From NCBI RefSeq assembly GCF_006345805.1, contig NC_043005.1, positions 107,198,001-107,262,000 on the forward strand: DNA of 64,000 nucleotides. Direction: 5' to 3'. The position numbers and the translations under genes are program-made. Positions 41,647 through 54,085 of this stretch are shown in pieces (position 1 is the stretch's first letter; each line of letters opens with the position of its first letter). The notes below the pieces were generated by a model. That model was not told where the DNA came from, searched no databases, and was given only the letters and a program-made list of their open reading frames with translations. This DNA comes from Octopus sinensis. Lineage: Eukaryota.

Positions 41647-41677
<31 letters not shown>

Positions 41678-41678
<1 letters not shown>

Positions 41679-44600
41679 TATGTTTGACTTTTGCTTTATG
41701 TCTGTATAAGTTGGCTCCAAGTCTCACCCAGAGACCTCAAGAGACAACAGGTTGGAAGTTCTGTGCCATATATTTGGGGGTTTTTTTGTGTTGTACTAGT
41801 GAATGTCTAATACATAAAAAAATAAATAAATAAATAAATTAATAAATAAAAAAAGTGTGTTTTAAACCTTGGGATTACGTAGAGAGTATTTTGCGTAGGA
41901 TATGAGCAGTTCCCATGAGAACTATCTTTTGAATTTCTGCAATTTGGGGGTTTCCTTGTATCTGAGTTAGGTAGCAATCAGTCCCTTTCGCTATCATTCC
42001 CAGGGCACCTATGACAACAGGTATTGTTTTTGTCTTCAGCTTCAGCTGATTTCTATTTCAAGATCTTTATATTTGCTCAGTTTTTGGTAGGTCTTGACAG
42101 ATACGTTTATATCGATTGGGACAGTCATATCAATGAGGAGGCATGTTCTTTGTCTGAAGTCTTTCAATATAATGTCTGGCCTATTTGCATCTATCTTCCT
42201 GTCAGTTTGAATGGTGAAGTTCCAGAGGAGTGAGATGTGGTCATTTTCAAGCACAGGAGGTGGATTGTGTTCCCACCAGTTTTTTTTTCATGGGGCAAAT
42301 CCAGGTTTTTGCAAATTACCCAGTGAATATATTGTGCAGCTCTATCATGCCTACTGAGGTACTCTGTAGGCGCTAGAAGACTGCATTTGGAGACAACATG
42401 GTCAATGGTTTCATTTTGTTGTCGGCATACACGACATGTTGGGTTACTGCCGTTCTTTAGTATGTTGGCCTGGTAGTTTCTTGTTGGTAGGCATTGATCT
42501 TGAGCTGCTATGATAAACCCCTCTGTTTCAGATTTTAAGCTAGAGGCCATTAGCCATTGATGGCTCAGGGCTTTGTCGATATCTGCATTATTCGCTCTCT
42601 TTGGGTATTTGCCATAGAGAGATTTTTCTTGCCATTTATTATTCAGAATATCTAAGGCCGCAGTTTTGGCACGGGTTTTCATGCGCCTAGCTTTTTCTGT
42701 ACTTGTGTCTTGTATATCTATCTCTAATTCCGAAATTGGTTGTATTCGGAAATCACTTAGATATTCCTTTGCCTGTTTTGTGACTGAGTATGATGCTTTC
42801 TTGTTTTCATGTTTTGAGATAAGTTTTAACATCCAGTCCTCAGAGTTTTTCAGGTAGGTGTCTAGGCCAATTGTAGCAATCTTCATTGTTATTGCCAGTT
42901 GCAAAAGACCACAGCCTCCCTCTTTTCTTGGCAGATAGAGTCGTTCTGTATCTGCCTTATGGTGGTGCATTCTATGCATTGTCAACAGTTTCCTTATTTT
43001 TCTGTCGAGCTGACATATTTCAGTAATTGACCAGTTAACAATATTGAAACTGTAAGTCACGACTGGTATGGCTAATGCATTGATCGCTTCGATCCTGTTT
43101 CTTGCATTCAGCTCTGTCTTGAGTATTGCTCTCACTCTTCGATAGCATTCTCTCCTGATCCTTTCCTTTATCTCTGAATGCCTTATTCCGTTCCCTTCAA
43201 TTACCCCTAGGTACTTGTAGCTCTCCGCTGGGTCTAGTTCTTTTATGACATTCTGTTGGTCAAGGTTAACGTTAGATGTTTCTGTCATTTTTCCTTTGAT
43301 AAAGGTAGCCTTTGCACATTTATCGAGGTCGAATTGCATTCTGATGTCGTCAATGAATTGTTTGACTATTGATAGTAAGCCCTTGCGTTGTTGATCATTT
43401 TTTGCAAAAAGCTTTAAATCATCCATGTAAACGAGATGATTTATATTTTTATCAAACATTTTATACCCGTACTGCGCGTCATTGAGCAGTTTTGAGAGAG
43501 GTATTAAGGATAAACAAAAGAGGAGTGGTGACAGTGAGTCACCCTGGAAAATGCCACACGAAATGTTTACATCACCAGCATTTAGGGATTCATTGTCACT
43601 GTTCACAGTTAGTGTGGTTCTCCATGATCTCATACTTACAGTCAAGAAGTTTCGCAGAGTAGGTGCTATCTTATACATTTCCAGGCATTTCCTAATCCAG
43701 CTATGTGGTAGGCTATCAAAAGCCTTTTTATAGTCTATCCAGGCTATTGATAAGTTTTTGTGTCGTTTGTGACAATCTTCTAAGATCATCTTATTGATGA
43801 GTAGCTGGTCTTTACAGCCGTAGGATCCACGTTTACATCCTTTCTGTTCATTAGGGAATATGCTGCTGTCTGTTAAAAAACTATAGGTATATTCCGTCAG
43901 GACAGATGTTAGTGTTTTGTACATAGTTGTTAAGCAGGTTATGGGTCTATAGTTTTTTGGTTCATTTGTTTCTTCACTTTTTGGAAGCAGGAATGTTAAC
44001 CCATTAACTAGCCAAGGAGGCATCCTACTAGGGTGTTGCAAAACATCATTGTACAGTTCTGTTAGCACTTCATGGCTCTCTGGGAAGGCATTCAGCCAGA
44101 AGTTAGGAATTTTATCCTTTCCTGGAGACTTCCATTTGCTTGACCACCTGAGAGCAGATCTTATATCTTCTACCTTGACACCCTCCCACTTTTGCTCTTC
44201 TAAGGGGTCCAGTTCTGTAGATATTCTGTCAATCCAGGGGGCCTTTTCGTTGTGTGTTTTTCTTCTGCCCAGATTTTATTCCAAAATACCTGCACTTCTT
44301 TTAATGGTACAGACCTTGCAGTAAACGCTGTTTTTCCTATCTTCCTGTAAAAATTCTTGGTGTTATTTTTGAACATGTTGTTGTCCTTGAAAAATCTAAC
44401 ACGCTTTTCATACCTCGCTATGCGGGAAGCTTTTGCAGATACCTTTTGTTTCATGGTTTCTATAGTGGCATCAATATCAAGTATAGTTTTTGTAGGTTTG
44501 GTAGTTTTGTGAGCCTTAATGTTTTTAAAATATTCAATGTCAGATCTAAATATTTTAATTTGTTGTTGCAGACGCTCTTGCCAAGAAGGCTTTTTGTGGG

Positions 44601-45165
44601 AATGTTGCCGTTTTCTAATCTTTACACCACATAGGATTGTTGAGATTTTCGCGGATGCATATTATAGGTGGTTGAGGTTTGTGATATCAACATCATTAGC
44701 TGAAATTATATTCTTAAGTGCAAGGCGGATTTTACCAATAATTTTCATGTTTTGGTTAGAGTTGCGGATTTTAGGAAGTGTATCACGTTCATCCATGCTG
44801 GTTTCTTTAATTTTCAGCCATTCAATCATGATTTGATTTTTTAGCTCATGTAGTTCTGTTGGGTCAATATTTGTGTGACTTTCTTTATCTATTTGATGCT
44901 CATCTGTCTTAGTGTTTATGATTGGTTCAGGGAGTATTTCACTTTGCCTATCACTTATACTAACTCTTTCAATCCTCACTTCGTTTTTATTAGCCCTGGG
45001 CTGGTCTATAATTATTTCCTCTGTATTATCTTCTCTAGCTGCAGCTTCGTTCATTTTATCCGATATTGCTTGTCTAACTTGATCAATCTCTACTTCAGTC
45101 AGTAATTTTTTTTTTATAATGTTTCTTCTGGCGTTGGCAAGTTTGTTACTATCTATGTAGGGTCT
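41678..45165 (-). mobile_element. R4/Dong-clade non-LTR retrotransposon, near full length, slightly 5'-truncated
   Basis: Single disrupted ORF: N-terminal KLANARRNIIKKKLLTEVEIDQVR, RT, CCHC, RLE, C-terminus QKIVLMGTAHILRKILST* (stop 41875-77), ~200-bp 3' UTR, then (TAA)n on the sense strand as established for Dong. Confidence 0.92.
42191..44068 (-). pseudogene. Reverse transcriptase + CCHC portion (625 aa) of the Dong ORF; frameshifted before the RLE (42042..42254)
   Basis: NYRPITCL, EQKG, IDYKKAFDSLPH, GIFQGDSLSPLLF, YMDDLKL, YKYLG, EGGCGL, AAQDQ, CRVC-x8-H-x4-C, RHD; RLE motifs RPDII, LIDMTVP, KYKDL in the next frame. Confidence 0.92.
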
Positions 45166-45176
45166 TTATTATTATT

Positions 45177-46990
45177 ACCTTTGCATAGCTTCTAACGCTG
45201 GAGATGTACTGCAGTGTCAGCTGTTCACTACCAGTGAACTAAGGTAACACCTCTTATTCTTCGATCACCTTCCGGAGTATTCGGGCGGTTCAAGCAGTGC
45301 TATGTTCTACAAGCGCTCCACCCTTATTGCAGCCCTATTTGTTCCACGTACTTCTCGAGAATTTTGCTCACTGTTCCCAGAGCTCCGACAATTATTAGTA
45401 CTTCTGCTACCTTTTTCTTCGACCACAACTGCTTAACATCCCTAGCTAACCTGTCATATTTCTCGATTTTCTTTCTTCCTTATCGCATAACTTGTTGTCA
45501 GCTGGGTATTCTATATCTCTGATCCAGCATAGTTTGTTTTCTTTCTCAATTAAGACTACGTGCAGCTTCCTATTTTCTATCTCATGGTTGCACTGACTCA
45601 TAAAATCCCATAGGATCTTTGCATTTTTATTTTCATCGATGCATTCGGGTTTGTGGTCCTACAAATTTTTTGCTCTGTCAAGTACCCACTTGTTACAAAG
45701 TGTCCAATGGACAAGCCTAGGTATATTGGTATGGCATCTCTTATATTCCTTCTGAGCTAGTGGCGTACATTGGCTGGTAATATGCCATGCGGTTTCACCA
45801 TTTTGTCCATACCTTTTATTTTGCCTCTCTTCAAATCTAACAGACCACACTTTCTCAATCCGAACTCCGTTCTAATATCAGCACTGAAGGTATACACCAT
45901 ATCAACGAGGGAACTGACTTGGGTTTCATCTTTACGATAAAGTTTGAGGTCCAACATGAATAACAAATGGTCGACTTTTTGTTGGTGGCTTTTGAATACA
46001 GACCTATCTTTCGCTTTCCTTAGAATCAGTGTTAGTGGTATCAAGCACAATACAAAGATTAGTGGGGACAGGCAGTCCCCTTGGAAGATACCCCTCCTAA
46101 TTTATATTATCCCTAAACTTCTTCCGTATGATGTCTTGTCCGTCCTCCTATTCACCATACTTTTTGCAAGCAATCACTCAACATTCGACGCAATACCAAA
46201 AAGGTTCATACATTCCATAATTCAAGAATGTGGGATCATATCGTACACCTTACCATAGTCGATCCATGACATGGCTAAGTTACTTTTGCTCCTCTTGCAG
46301 CCTCTCAGTACAGTTTTGTCTATCAGGGGTTGATCCTTGGTACCTCTGCACTTGCCACCCTTGTGTTCAATGTTTCTCCAGATGTTAGTATATTGACTCT
46401 GCGAGTATTCCAATCAATAAATTCCACATAACTGACAAACAGGATTTCGGCCTGTAATTGTCTACCGTATTGATTTTTTTGATGTTTTTCAAGCAGAGCT
46501 CTTTCCTAATCAATGTCAACCAGTCCGGTGTTAAACTGTATTTTCATCGTTATCTCTGCTGCTATTTTCCAAGACCCGTTTCTTGATAGCTTCATTCTCT
46601 ATTTCTGTGAACCAACAATTTTTTCCTATTGCTCTAGCGTGATCACATAGTCTCTGTTCCGTGAGTTGAAACAATCCCTTTTCCCTCCAATGACCATACA
46701 TATGTTGTCGGTAACCCCTAATTTGAGCACCATTTTCTTCTACCGGGCTGCTGAAGAAGTAACACTCCATGACCACAGCATTAATTTTCTTGCTCCATCT
46801 ACGCCGTGTGTAGTGGTTTCCTTCTGGATATCGACAGACTGAAGCCGGACCAGAATCTCTGGGCTTGCCGGGTGGAACACTGTCACTATCATTGCCTTCA
46901 GTTTCATTACCACCGTTATTGATAATATTTTGTTTTGTCATTGTCACTCATATGAGGTAACGATTATCAGGTTGCGCAATTACCAGTGTT
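45177..46990 (-). mobile_element. Second R4/Dong family, internally deleted but retaining N-terminus and 3' end
   Basis: ORF 46531..46947 RRRWSKKINAVVMECYF..RGYRQHM..LTEQRLCDHARAI (R4/Dong-type N-terminal domain); RT pieces [38 protein letters not shown]; ETAWHITSQC..KRCH; C-terminus ARILRKVIEE*; short (TAA)n tail at 45166-45177. Confidence 0.88.
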
Positions 46991-47399
46991 TTTATTTTGA
47001 CACCATCACTAGATGTATCATGAATTAGTCCATGTGGAGGCTCCACCCGTTTCATTTCATTACTATCATTAAGATCATCACTGATATAATTCTTTTCAGG
47101 TGCAGTAGCAGCTGTGGTTGCAGCAACAGCAACAGTAGTAAGGGTGGGGGTAATGGTAAGGGTAGTAGTTTTGCCTCAAATTCCTCTGCTATCATAATAG
47201 TAGTATTTGCAGTATTAGCAGCTGCAACATATTATTATTTTGATTTTTATCAATATCCCCATCACCACCACTACCATTGCTATTATCATTATTACTATCT
47301 CCATTTATTAGTAAAAGATTTTACTAAATGATCTTTATTTTCAAATTTTGTCTTGTTCGTGAGATAATCATAAATATGTTTTTGAAGGAAATAGTTGGA

Positions 47400-50030
47400 T
47401 AACATTTTGGTGAATAGTTCATATTCTACAAGTCTAAAAATAAATTCGGCAGATGGTAGGGAAGTCAGCCATAGAGATAAACGAATCTTGTTGCCTTTGG
47501 GTCAGCAGAGGTCAAATGTGTTTACTACTACCAGTGACCACTGAAAGCACTTTCTATAACCAATATTATGTTTTTTTTTACCTCATTGATATATTTTCTG
47601 CTCTTACCAGCATTTCATCCTCTGTCTTAACCCCAAGCCAATTCTCCTCACGGACCATCAGATTGTGATTGTTATCTTATCCATCTCATATGATTATAAA
47701 TAAACTGTAAATAAGGTGTAAAATAAATTGAAGTAACGTTTTCAAACGTACCTCTTGACGTTAGCCATGCTTCCAAGATTACCCTAAGCCATGCGCGTTT
47801 ACACTACTTCATCTGCGCAAGGCCAGGTTCGACAGAAGGAAATACGTGAGAAAGCCCACTTACAATATTTTCATTTACGGATATGCATTTCTTCCCTAAG
47901 GGTGGCTCTGGATGTTTCCAGAAGCAGATATTTGCAGCTCTTTTACTAACGTTTACTTTGAAGTCTCGTACTGCATCGGAGTATCTGTATTTATGGCGTC
48001 GTATATATTTTGAGTGGTTTCAATGGTTTCTTTAAATGTTTTGATTGTTAGTATTATGGAATCATAATTATTCTCTGCAATGTTTTTATATGTTGTTGTA
48101 CGTGTTTCACTAACTTCTTTTTTGTATTTATGGTAGTGTAATTAAATTTCTTATCGATGGCCTTGGTTTGTGCGTGTATAATGGGTTTTACTGGTGTTTG
48201 TGATTGTCAATGTCTCTGTAGTAGAGGCAATTGTGATGGTGGTGTAGGTGTCGAGGGTGATGGTGTTGGTAGTATTGACTTTGGTGATTTTGGAGATGAG
48301 GCTAGTGAATCATTGCTGAAAGATGTGTCTTCCCCAACCTGGGTGCCATCCAGCCTTTTCCTTAGCGTTACGTTTTCTTTTTCCGTTTTTGCTGTTACTT
48401 TTTGCCACTTACATTCTTCCCTGTCACCTTTACCACGTGATACATCCCAGTGTTCCAAAGTGTGTGTGTGTGGGGGGGGGGGCTGCATGCCTTCATTTTC
48501 ATTGTTTTACTGCGTTCATGCTTTTGCTTGTGGACATTCATTTGTTACTTTTGAGGTGGTGGTCATGTAGTGGCTTTTCAGGGCGATGCTTTTCGTTCCT
48601 TTTGTTGCTGAAGATTCTGCAGCTGATGTTCAAGTTTTGTTGCGGTTCCTGTTACTGATGTTTTTGCATCTGTTTGTTTTAGTGTTGTTGTTGATGCCGT
48701 AGTTGACGTCACGACAAGACTGTGCCATTGGTACTGTTGCTCTTTATGACGAAGCTGTTATTTCTGCTGTTGACAGAAGAGTCGATCTTTCTTTTATCCC
48801 CCTTTTATTGTGAACAGAAAGCTCTGAGATGGTTTGTGTTACCACATTAGTGACGACGTGGCTTAATTCCCACAACGATCACGTACAGTCTTGTTCCGAC
48901 TGGCAGATTCATCGGGTCTAGGAAAGATTCCATACGTGTTTGTCCTGCTGCATTGATAGTCCCACTCTTGGCCCGATCAATTTCGTTTCTGTAGATTCTG
49001 AATCTGCAGAACATGGATGTTTCTTTTTATATAAACGAGGCTCACTTTCACCCGCAACCTGATATTTCCCTCAGTCGGGGCGGGAGCCCATCAACAATCT
49101 TTATTCTTCAAACTGTACGACTATGGTAGATTACAATAAGGTCCGATTCTTCATTTGTTAGTCTTGTTTTGGAGTAATTCCTACCATCTTTCCGGAATTT
49201 CAAGTCCACTGTGTTGTAGTTTTCCTTCTAGCGATTTACATTTTGGTGTCCCATGTTATTTCTGAGACTATTTTCCGTTTGGTGATGCGTCGCTTCTTCT
49301 ATTCCCCCCCCCCTTTTATTTTTATCACTTCATAAGTTACAGTTTCCAGACTGATTTCTTTATGGATTCTTGAATTGTTAATTCCACCTTTCGGCTGGAA
49401 ATTGTAAAGAGGGGTGTAACATATTGTAATTCTTAAGACATTAATTTAATTACTTCCTTTTCTCACATGACGTGGACACGATGTAGTGTCTAATAATTGT
49501 GTTGTCTGGATTTTCAATTGTGTGATCTTTGACAATGGTGGTGACAGCGGAGAACGAATCCTCAGGTGTTTTGAATTGATAATATAGTGCTCGTTGTTTC
49601 TATTTTTCATGCTCATTGTTGTTGTTGCTAATTCGCTGGACACAAGTACTGGCAGTGGTGGTCGCAGTAGTGTTGCTTTCTCTTGTCTCTTCATTTGTGT
49701 GGCATTCATCGCAGTTGTTTTTGTTAGCATTGATATTGCTGCTCATGCGTTCTCTCGTGATAGGGAGTAATGGAGAATAAATATTGTAGTGACTATTAAA
49801 ACACACAACTGAGCCCAATATTTCCGAAGCCATATTTTCTTGAAGAAACACGTAAAATCTACCAAGTTACGCCCCGAAGGAGAAAAAATTACACAAGGGT
49901 AGTTAGCCTGAGAGAATGATGGTTAGCTTACTGAAGAAATAGTTCTACTAAAAGAGAATTACTTCTTTCAAACAACCAAATTCAATAACAGTTTACGAGT
50001 TCCGAATCGATGTCACTTACGCGGAAACAC
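47400..50030 (-). mobile_element. Decayed L1/Tx1-like element: ORF1 (gag-like zinc knuckle) and start of ORF2 APE
   Basis: Manual translation near 48880-48800: LYVIVVGIKPR(R)H*CGNTNHLRAFC, a decayed CX2CX4HX4C; followed by a T/S/P-rich tail with WQKVT (ORF 48207..48488); weak APE-like MDKITITI*WSVRRIG, DPKATRFVYL and FRLVEY at 47680-47420. Boundaries approximate. Confidence 0.6.
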
Positions 50031-50076
<46 letters not shown>

Positions 50077-50101
50077 TAATAATAATAATAATAATAATAA
50101 T

Positions 50102-50150
<49 letters not shown>
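50031..50150. repeat. (AAT)n microsatellite
   Basis: Visible trinucleotide run. Confidence 0.95.
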
Positions 50151-50777
50151 GCAAAAATATAATATTGGTATTAAAGAACATGTTAATATTTATAACCTAA
50201 CGAGGAAATTTTGCCTGCGTGAAAATGAATTGGAAATAACTGAAATAATTATAAGACGGAAAGTAAACCAAAAACTTTATGAATAATGAGGAAAGTTAGT
50301 TAGAATATAGACACTGATACAAATACACGGGCATATACACTCGTAAAAACATATACACACACACTCACACACATATGTAATACAAATACATCTATCTGTC
50401 CGTGTTTGTGTTCATTGATATGTGTGTTAGTGTGTGCACAATGTAAATGTGCGTACTTATTAGACAAAGATTGTCTACATTTTGAATAATGTATGATGGT
50501 TATTTTAGAAATGAATGAGAAAGTTTCTTTACAAAAGAAATATTGCCACACTGGAAAATATAAAATAAAAAAAAAGTAAGCAATTAAAACGAATATTAAT
50601 ACGAAAATAAAAAGTCTATAAAAATGAAGTAATAATGTATAAAAAAAAATACAATGACCACCTGAAAACAATGATAGAACCATGAAAAAGAATATACTCT
50701 CAGATACATATGGATATGAGCGTGTATTTGCGTGTGTTTATATATGCAACAACAAATGTAGGAATGTTTATCAATAT

Positions 50778-50811
<34 letters not shown>

Positions 50812-50862
50812 CATATATATTTAGCATAAATATATATATGTATATATATATATATTATATAT

Positions 50863-50909
<47 letters not shown>

Positions 50910-50931
50910 ATATATATGTATATATATGCTA

Positions 50932-50966
<35 letters not shown>

Positions 50967-51559
50967 AAATATATAATACTCGTACCTCACATATATGTAT
51001 GCATTTGTATATATGTTTGTGTGCGTTGGTTTGTATGTACGTGTGTGTGTGTGTGTTTACTTATGTGTTGTAGTTCTGGGAACTAAAACTATTATGAATA
51101 TATATATATACAGTTTTGCTATTTTTGCAAATAAATTTGGCACGTAAGAGTAAACGTGTTAGCTGCAAGCTAGACGAGAATACGTTCAAATAAAACACCA
51201 GAAATATATCGCAATAACTTTGAGGACAATAATACCTACCATAATTTTTAAAACTTTGCTTCATAGATTTTTTTTATGTTCATATTATCCGTTCATATTT
51301 TATAATCTTCCGTTCATTTTCTTTTTATTTCTCGTTTATTTTAAGCAATGGATTATACTAGTTATTATATTACGTAAGAAGAGTTAGTAACAAAATTAAT
51401 ATACACTTTCAAAGTCCAAGCTAATCTCCTGGTGACGTGAAAACGTTTATAAACTCAATGATTGATCTGCTCAGGGAAGACAGAGTCTGTAATGCTAATG
51501 GAATTAATCGTGATTTACATAGAATGCAGGCAGGATTGTGTGAGTTAGAGTACCTTTGT

Positions 51560-52250
51560 CTACTGGGAAAGGTCTGTCTCTTCCTTTGACGGGGTATTCT
51601 CCCATTCTAGTCCAAAGCCCGCCAAGTCGACAGCACTTCTGAACATTTTCTCCACTCTCAACCTCATCTTCTCAAGATTCGTTTTTCGGTGCTCAACCTT
51701 AACCCTCTACCCAATGATAGAGCTGTTGTCTTTCTTCCGACTAAACCACACTTCACCTCAATCTGTACTTTTCCTCACTCAAGCGTACCCGTAGTTTACG
51801 CGACTTATTGGTCCATGGTTCTCCTATCTCCCACCTTTCCAGGATCCTCATCTTCTCACCAGCCCCGTTGTCACACCTGTCTCTTTCTCACTAACGATAT
51901 CTCTCACTCAGGATACAACCACTGCAACGCAGATATTTCTGATTCCTTTATATTGAATTCTACTTTCTTAAAAAAAGTCCCTCTGTGGCGCCTTGTCGAT
52001 CCTTCAAACCGGCCGCCAAATAATGGATCGTTTCAGGCAGCATCTATATCCCAAACTTTCCCTCTCTTCCCCAATACTTCAGATTCTTAGACCTCCCAGT
52101 TCATAGTTACTCAATGAATCCACAGACTCCAAGCTTTCTAGAGGGGAGCGTTTTAATTTTTCTCGCCAACCTCTCCACTTTAGAAGTCAGTTCGCCTCCA
52201 CCCAACTTTCCTAACACCTCCTTCAACATCCATGTACTCATGCACATACC
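51560..52250 (-). mobile_element. Highly decayed Tx1/L1-like ORF2 3' fragment
   Basis: Minus strand ELTSKVERL (~52170), VWFSRKK (~51745) and LEKMRLRVEKMFRSAVDLAGFGLEW (51680-51602) resemble Tx1-type C-termini; GC-richer than the flanks. Confidence 0.45.
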
Positions 52251-53779
52251 CCACCTGTTCACCACCTATCACGCTTGTCACACGTGCTATAGAGGAATGT
52301 ATCCACGTAAAAACTCTAGTCCTTGTCTACGTGTGCACTTCCTCCACACTCTTATGCTAAATTCTCACAAGTTTTTACAGGCATACACACGTATATCCAT
52401 GTCTCTATTACAGCTACAGACCAACGTCATTCAGCTTTCGATGCAACACATGCACTTTCAGACACACACACACACACACACACAGAATTATTCACATGTC
52501 TGTGACAACACAGAAATACATGAAGAAGTATACTAACATACGCGGTCGCAGTATCACGAGCATTTATAAAACACATTGTTACCCCCACACATTCACACAC
52601 ACAAACTCACACAGATATACACACACTTCGTACCCATTCGCCAACAATCCAGGTTTTACTAGTCAACGAAGGCACATGCAGACTAATTCACAATATGGAA
52701 CACATTCTCCCTCCCCCCCACGCACAATAAACTCACATATGCACAATCTCATGCAAAAAGACATACATTGAATGTACATACGACAGATAAATTCAAACAC
52801 ATACACACAAGCTGGCGATATCACACGTTCCTGTCCACGTTTTCGCACTTCTATCTTAAACACCCAACTCAGTTCACCATCCAACTTCCGTTCAGTTGAC
52901 GATCAACATATAAATTAGCTGCACGAGGCTTTTCCTACAGAGATTGTTCTACGTATATTCTTTTCTTCTTCAACCTTTTCAGTTACTGTTTCTCTTTCCT
53001 CTTCCTTTTTTTTCCGCAGTCGGATGAAGGACAATTTCAGAAACGCTATAGCAATGAATTCGTTGTAAAATTATACCATCTTGTTTTTTTTTATATTATT
53101 TTGCCTTTTGTGATCGTTACAGTGAGACACAAGCACACAAATGCACACACACACAGACACACATTTATAGACGTATACACACACTCACATATAATATATA
53201 ATCATATCAAAGGGAAATATGAAATTAATTAAACTAGATTGTAAAATGATTTTCCTTTCTTAATTTATTCCTGTCGAATTTTACCCCTATTTTGTGGTTA
53301 TAGAACCTAGCTGTTCTTTCTAGGGTGTAGAATCCCTCTAAGTGGATTCCTTATGTGTTTAAATATACACTATAGCGTATATATATATTTATGTGTTTGT
53401 GTATATATATATATATATATATAATATATATATATATGTCCTTTCGTCACATTTACGTTGTCCAACATACACACCAACATATACGACAGGAAGCAAGCAT
53501 ACATGTGTGTGTATGTGTATGTGCGTGTATGTGTATAGGTGTGCATGTGTATGTGTGAGTGTGAGTGTGCGTGCGTGTGCGTATACTTTTATGCGTAGCT
53601 TTACTTGTAAGAAACTGAAACAGAAGACACAAAACACAAGGCATTCTTATTTTGAACTCCAAAAGGAAGGACGTACTGGACAGAGTAAGTATTGAAGGAA
53701 GAATAGACCGGATAATAACTACAGAAATAACTCAGGCACTCACTATTGTGTGACCAAAAACAATAACAAAAAATTACGA

Positions 53780-54085
<306 letters not shown>

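Noticed and set aside
48157-49851. Host gene exon(s), or an ORF1-only (HAL1-like) element
   Set aside because: Many stops and frameshifts argue against an exon; weak APE-like motifs at 47680-47420 suggest an ordinary two-ORF L1/Tx1 relic.
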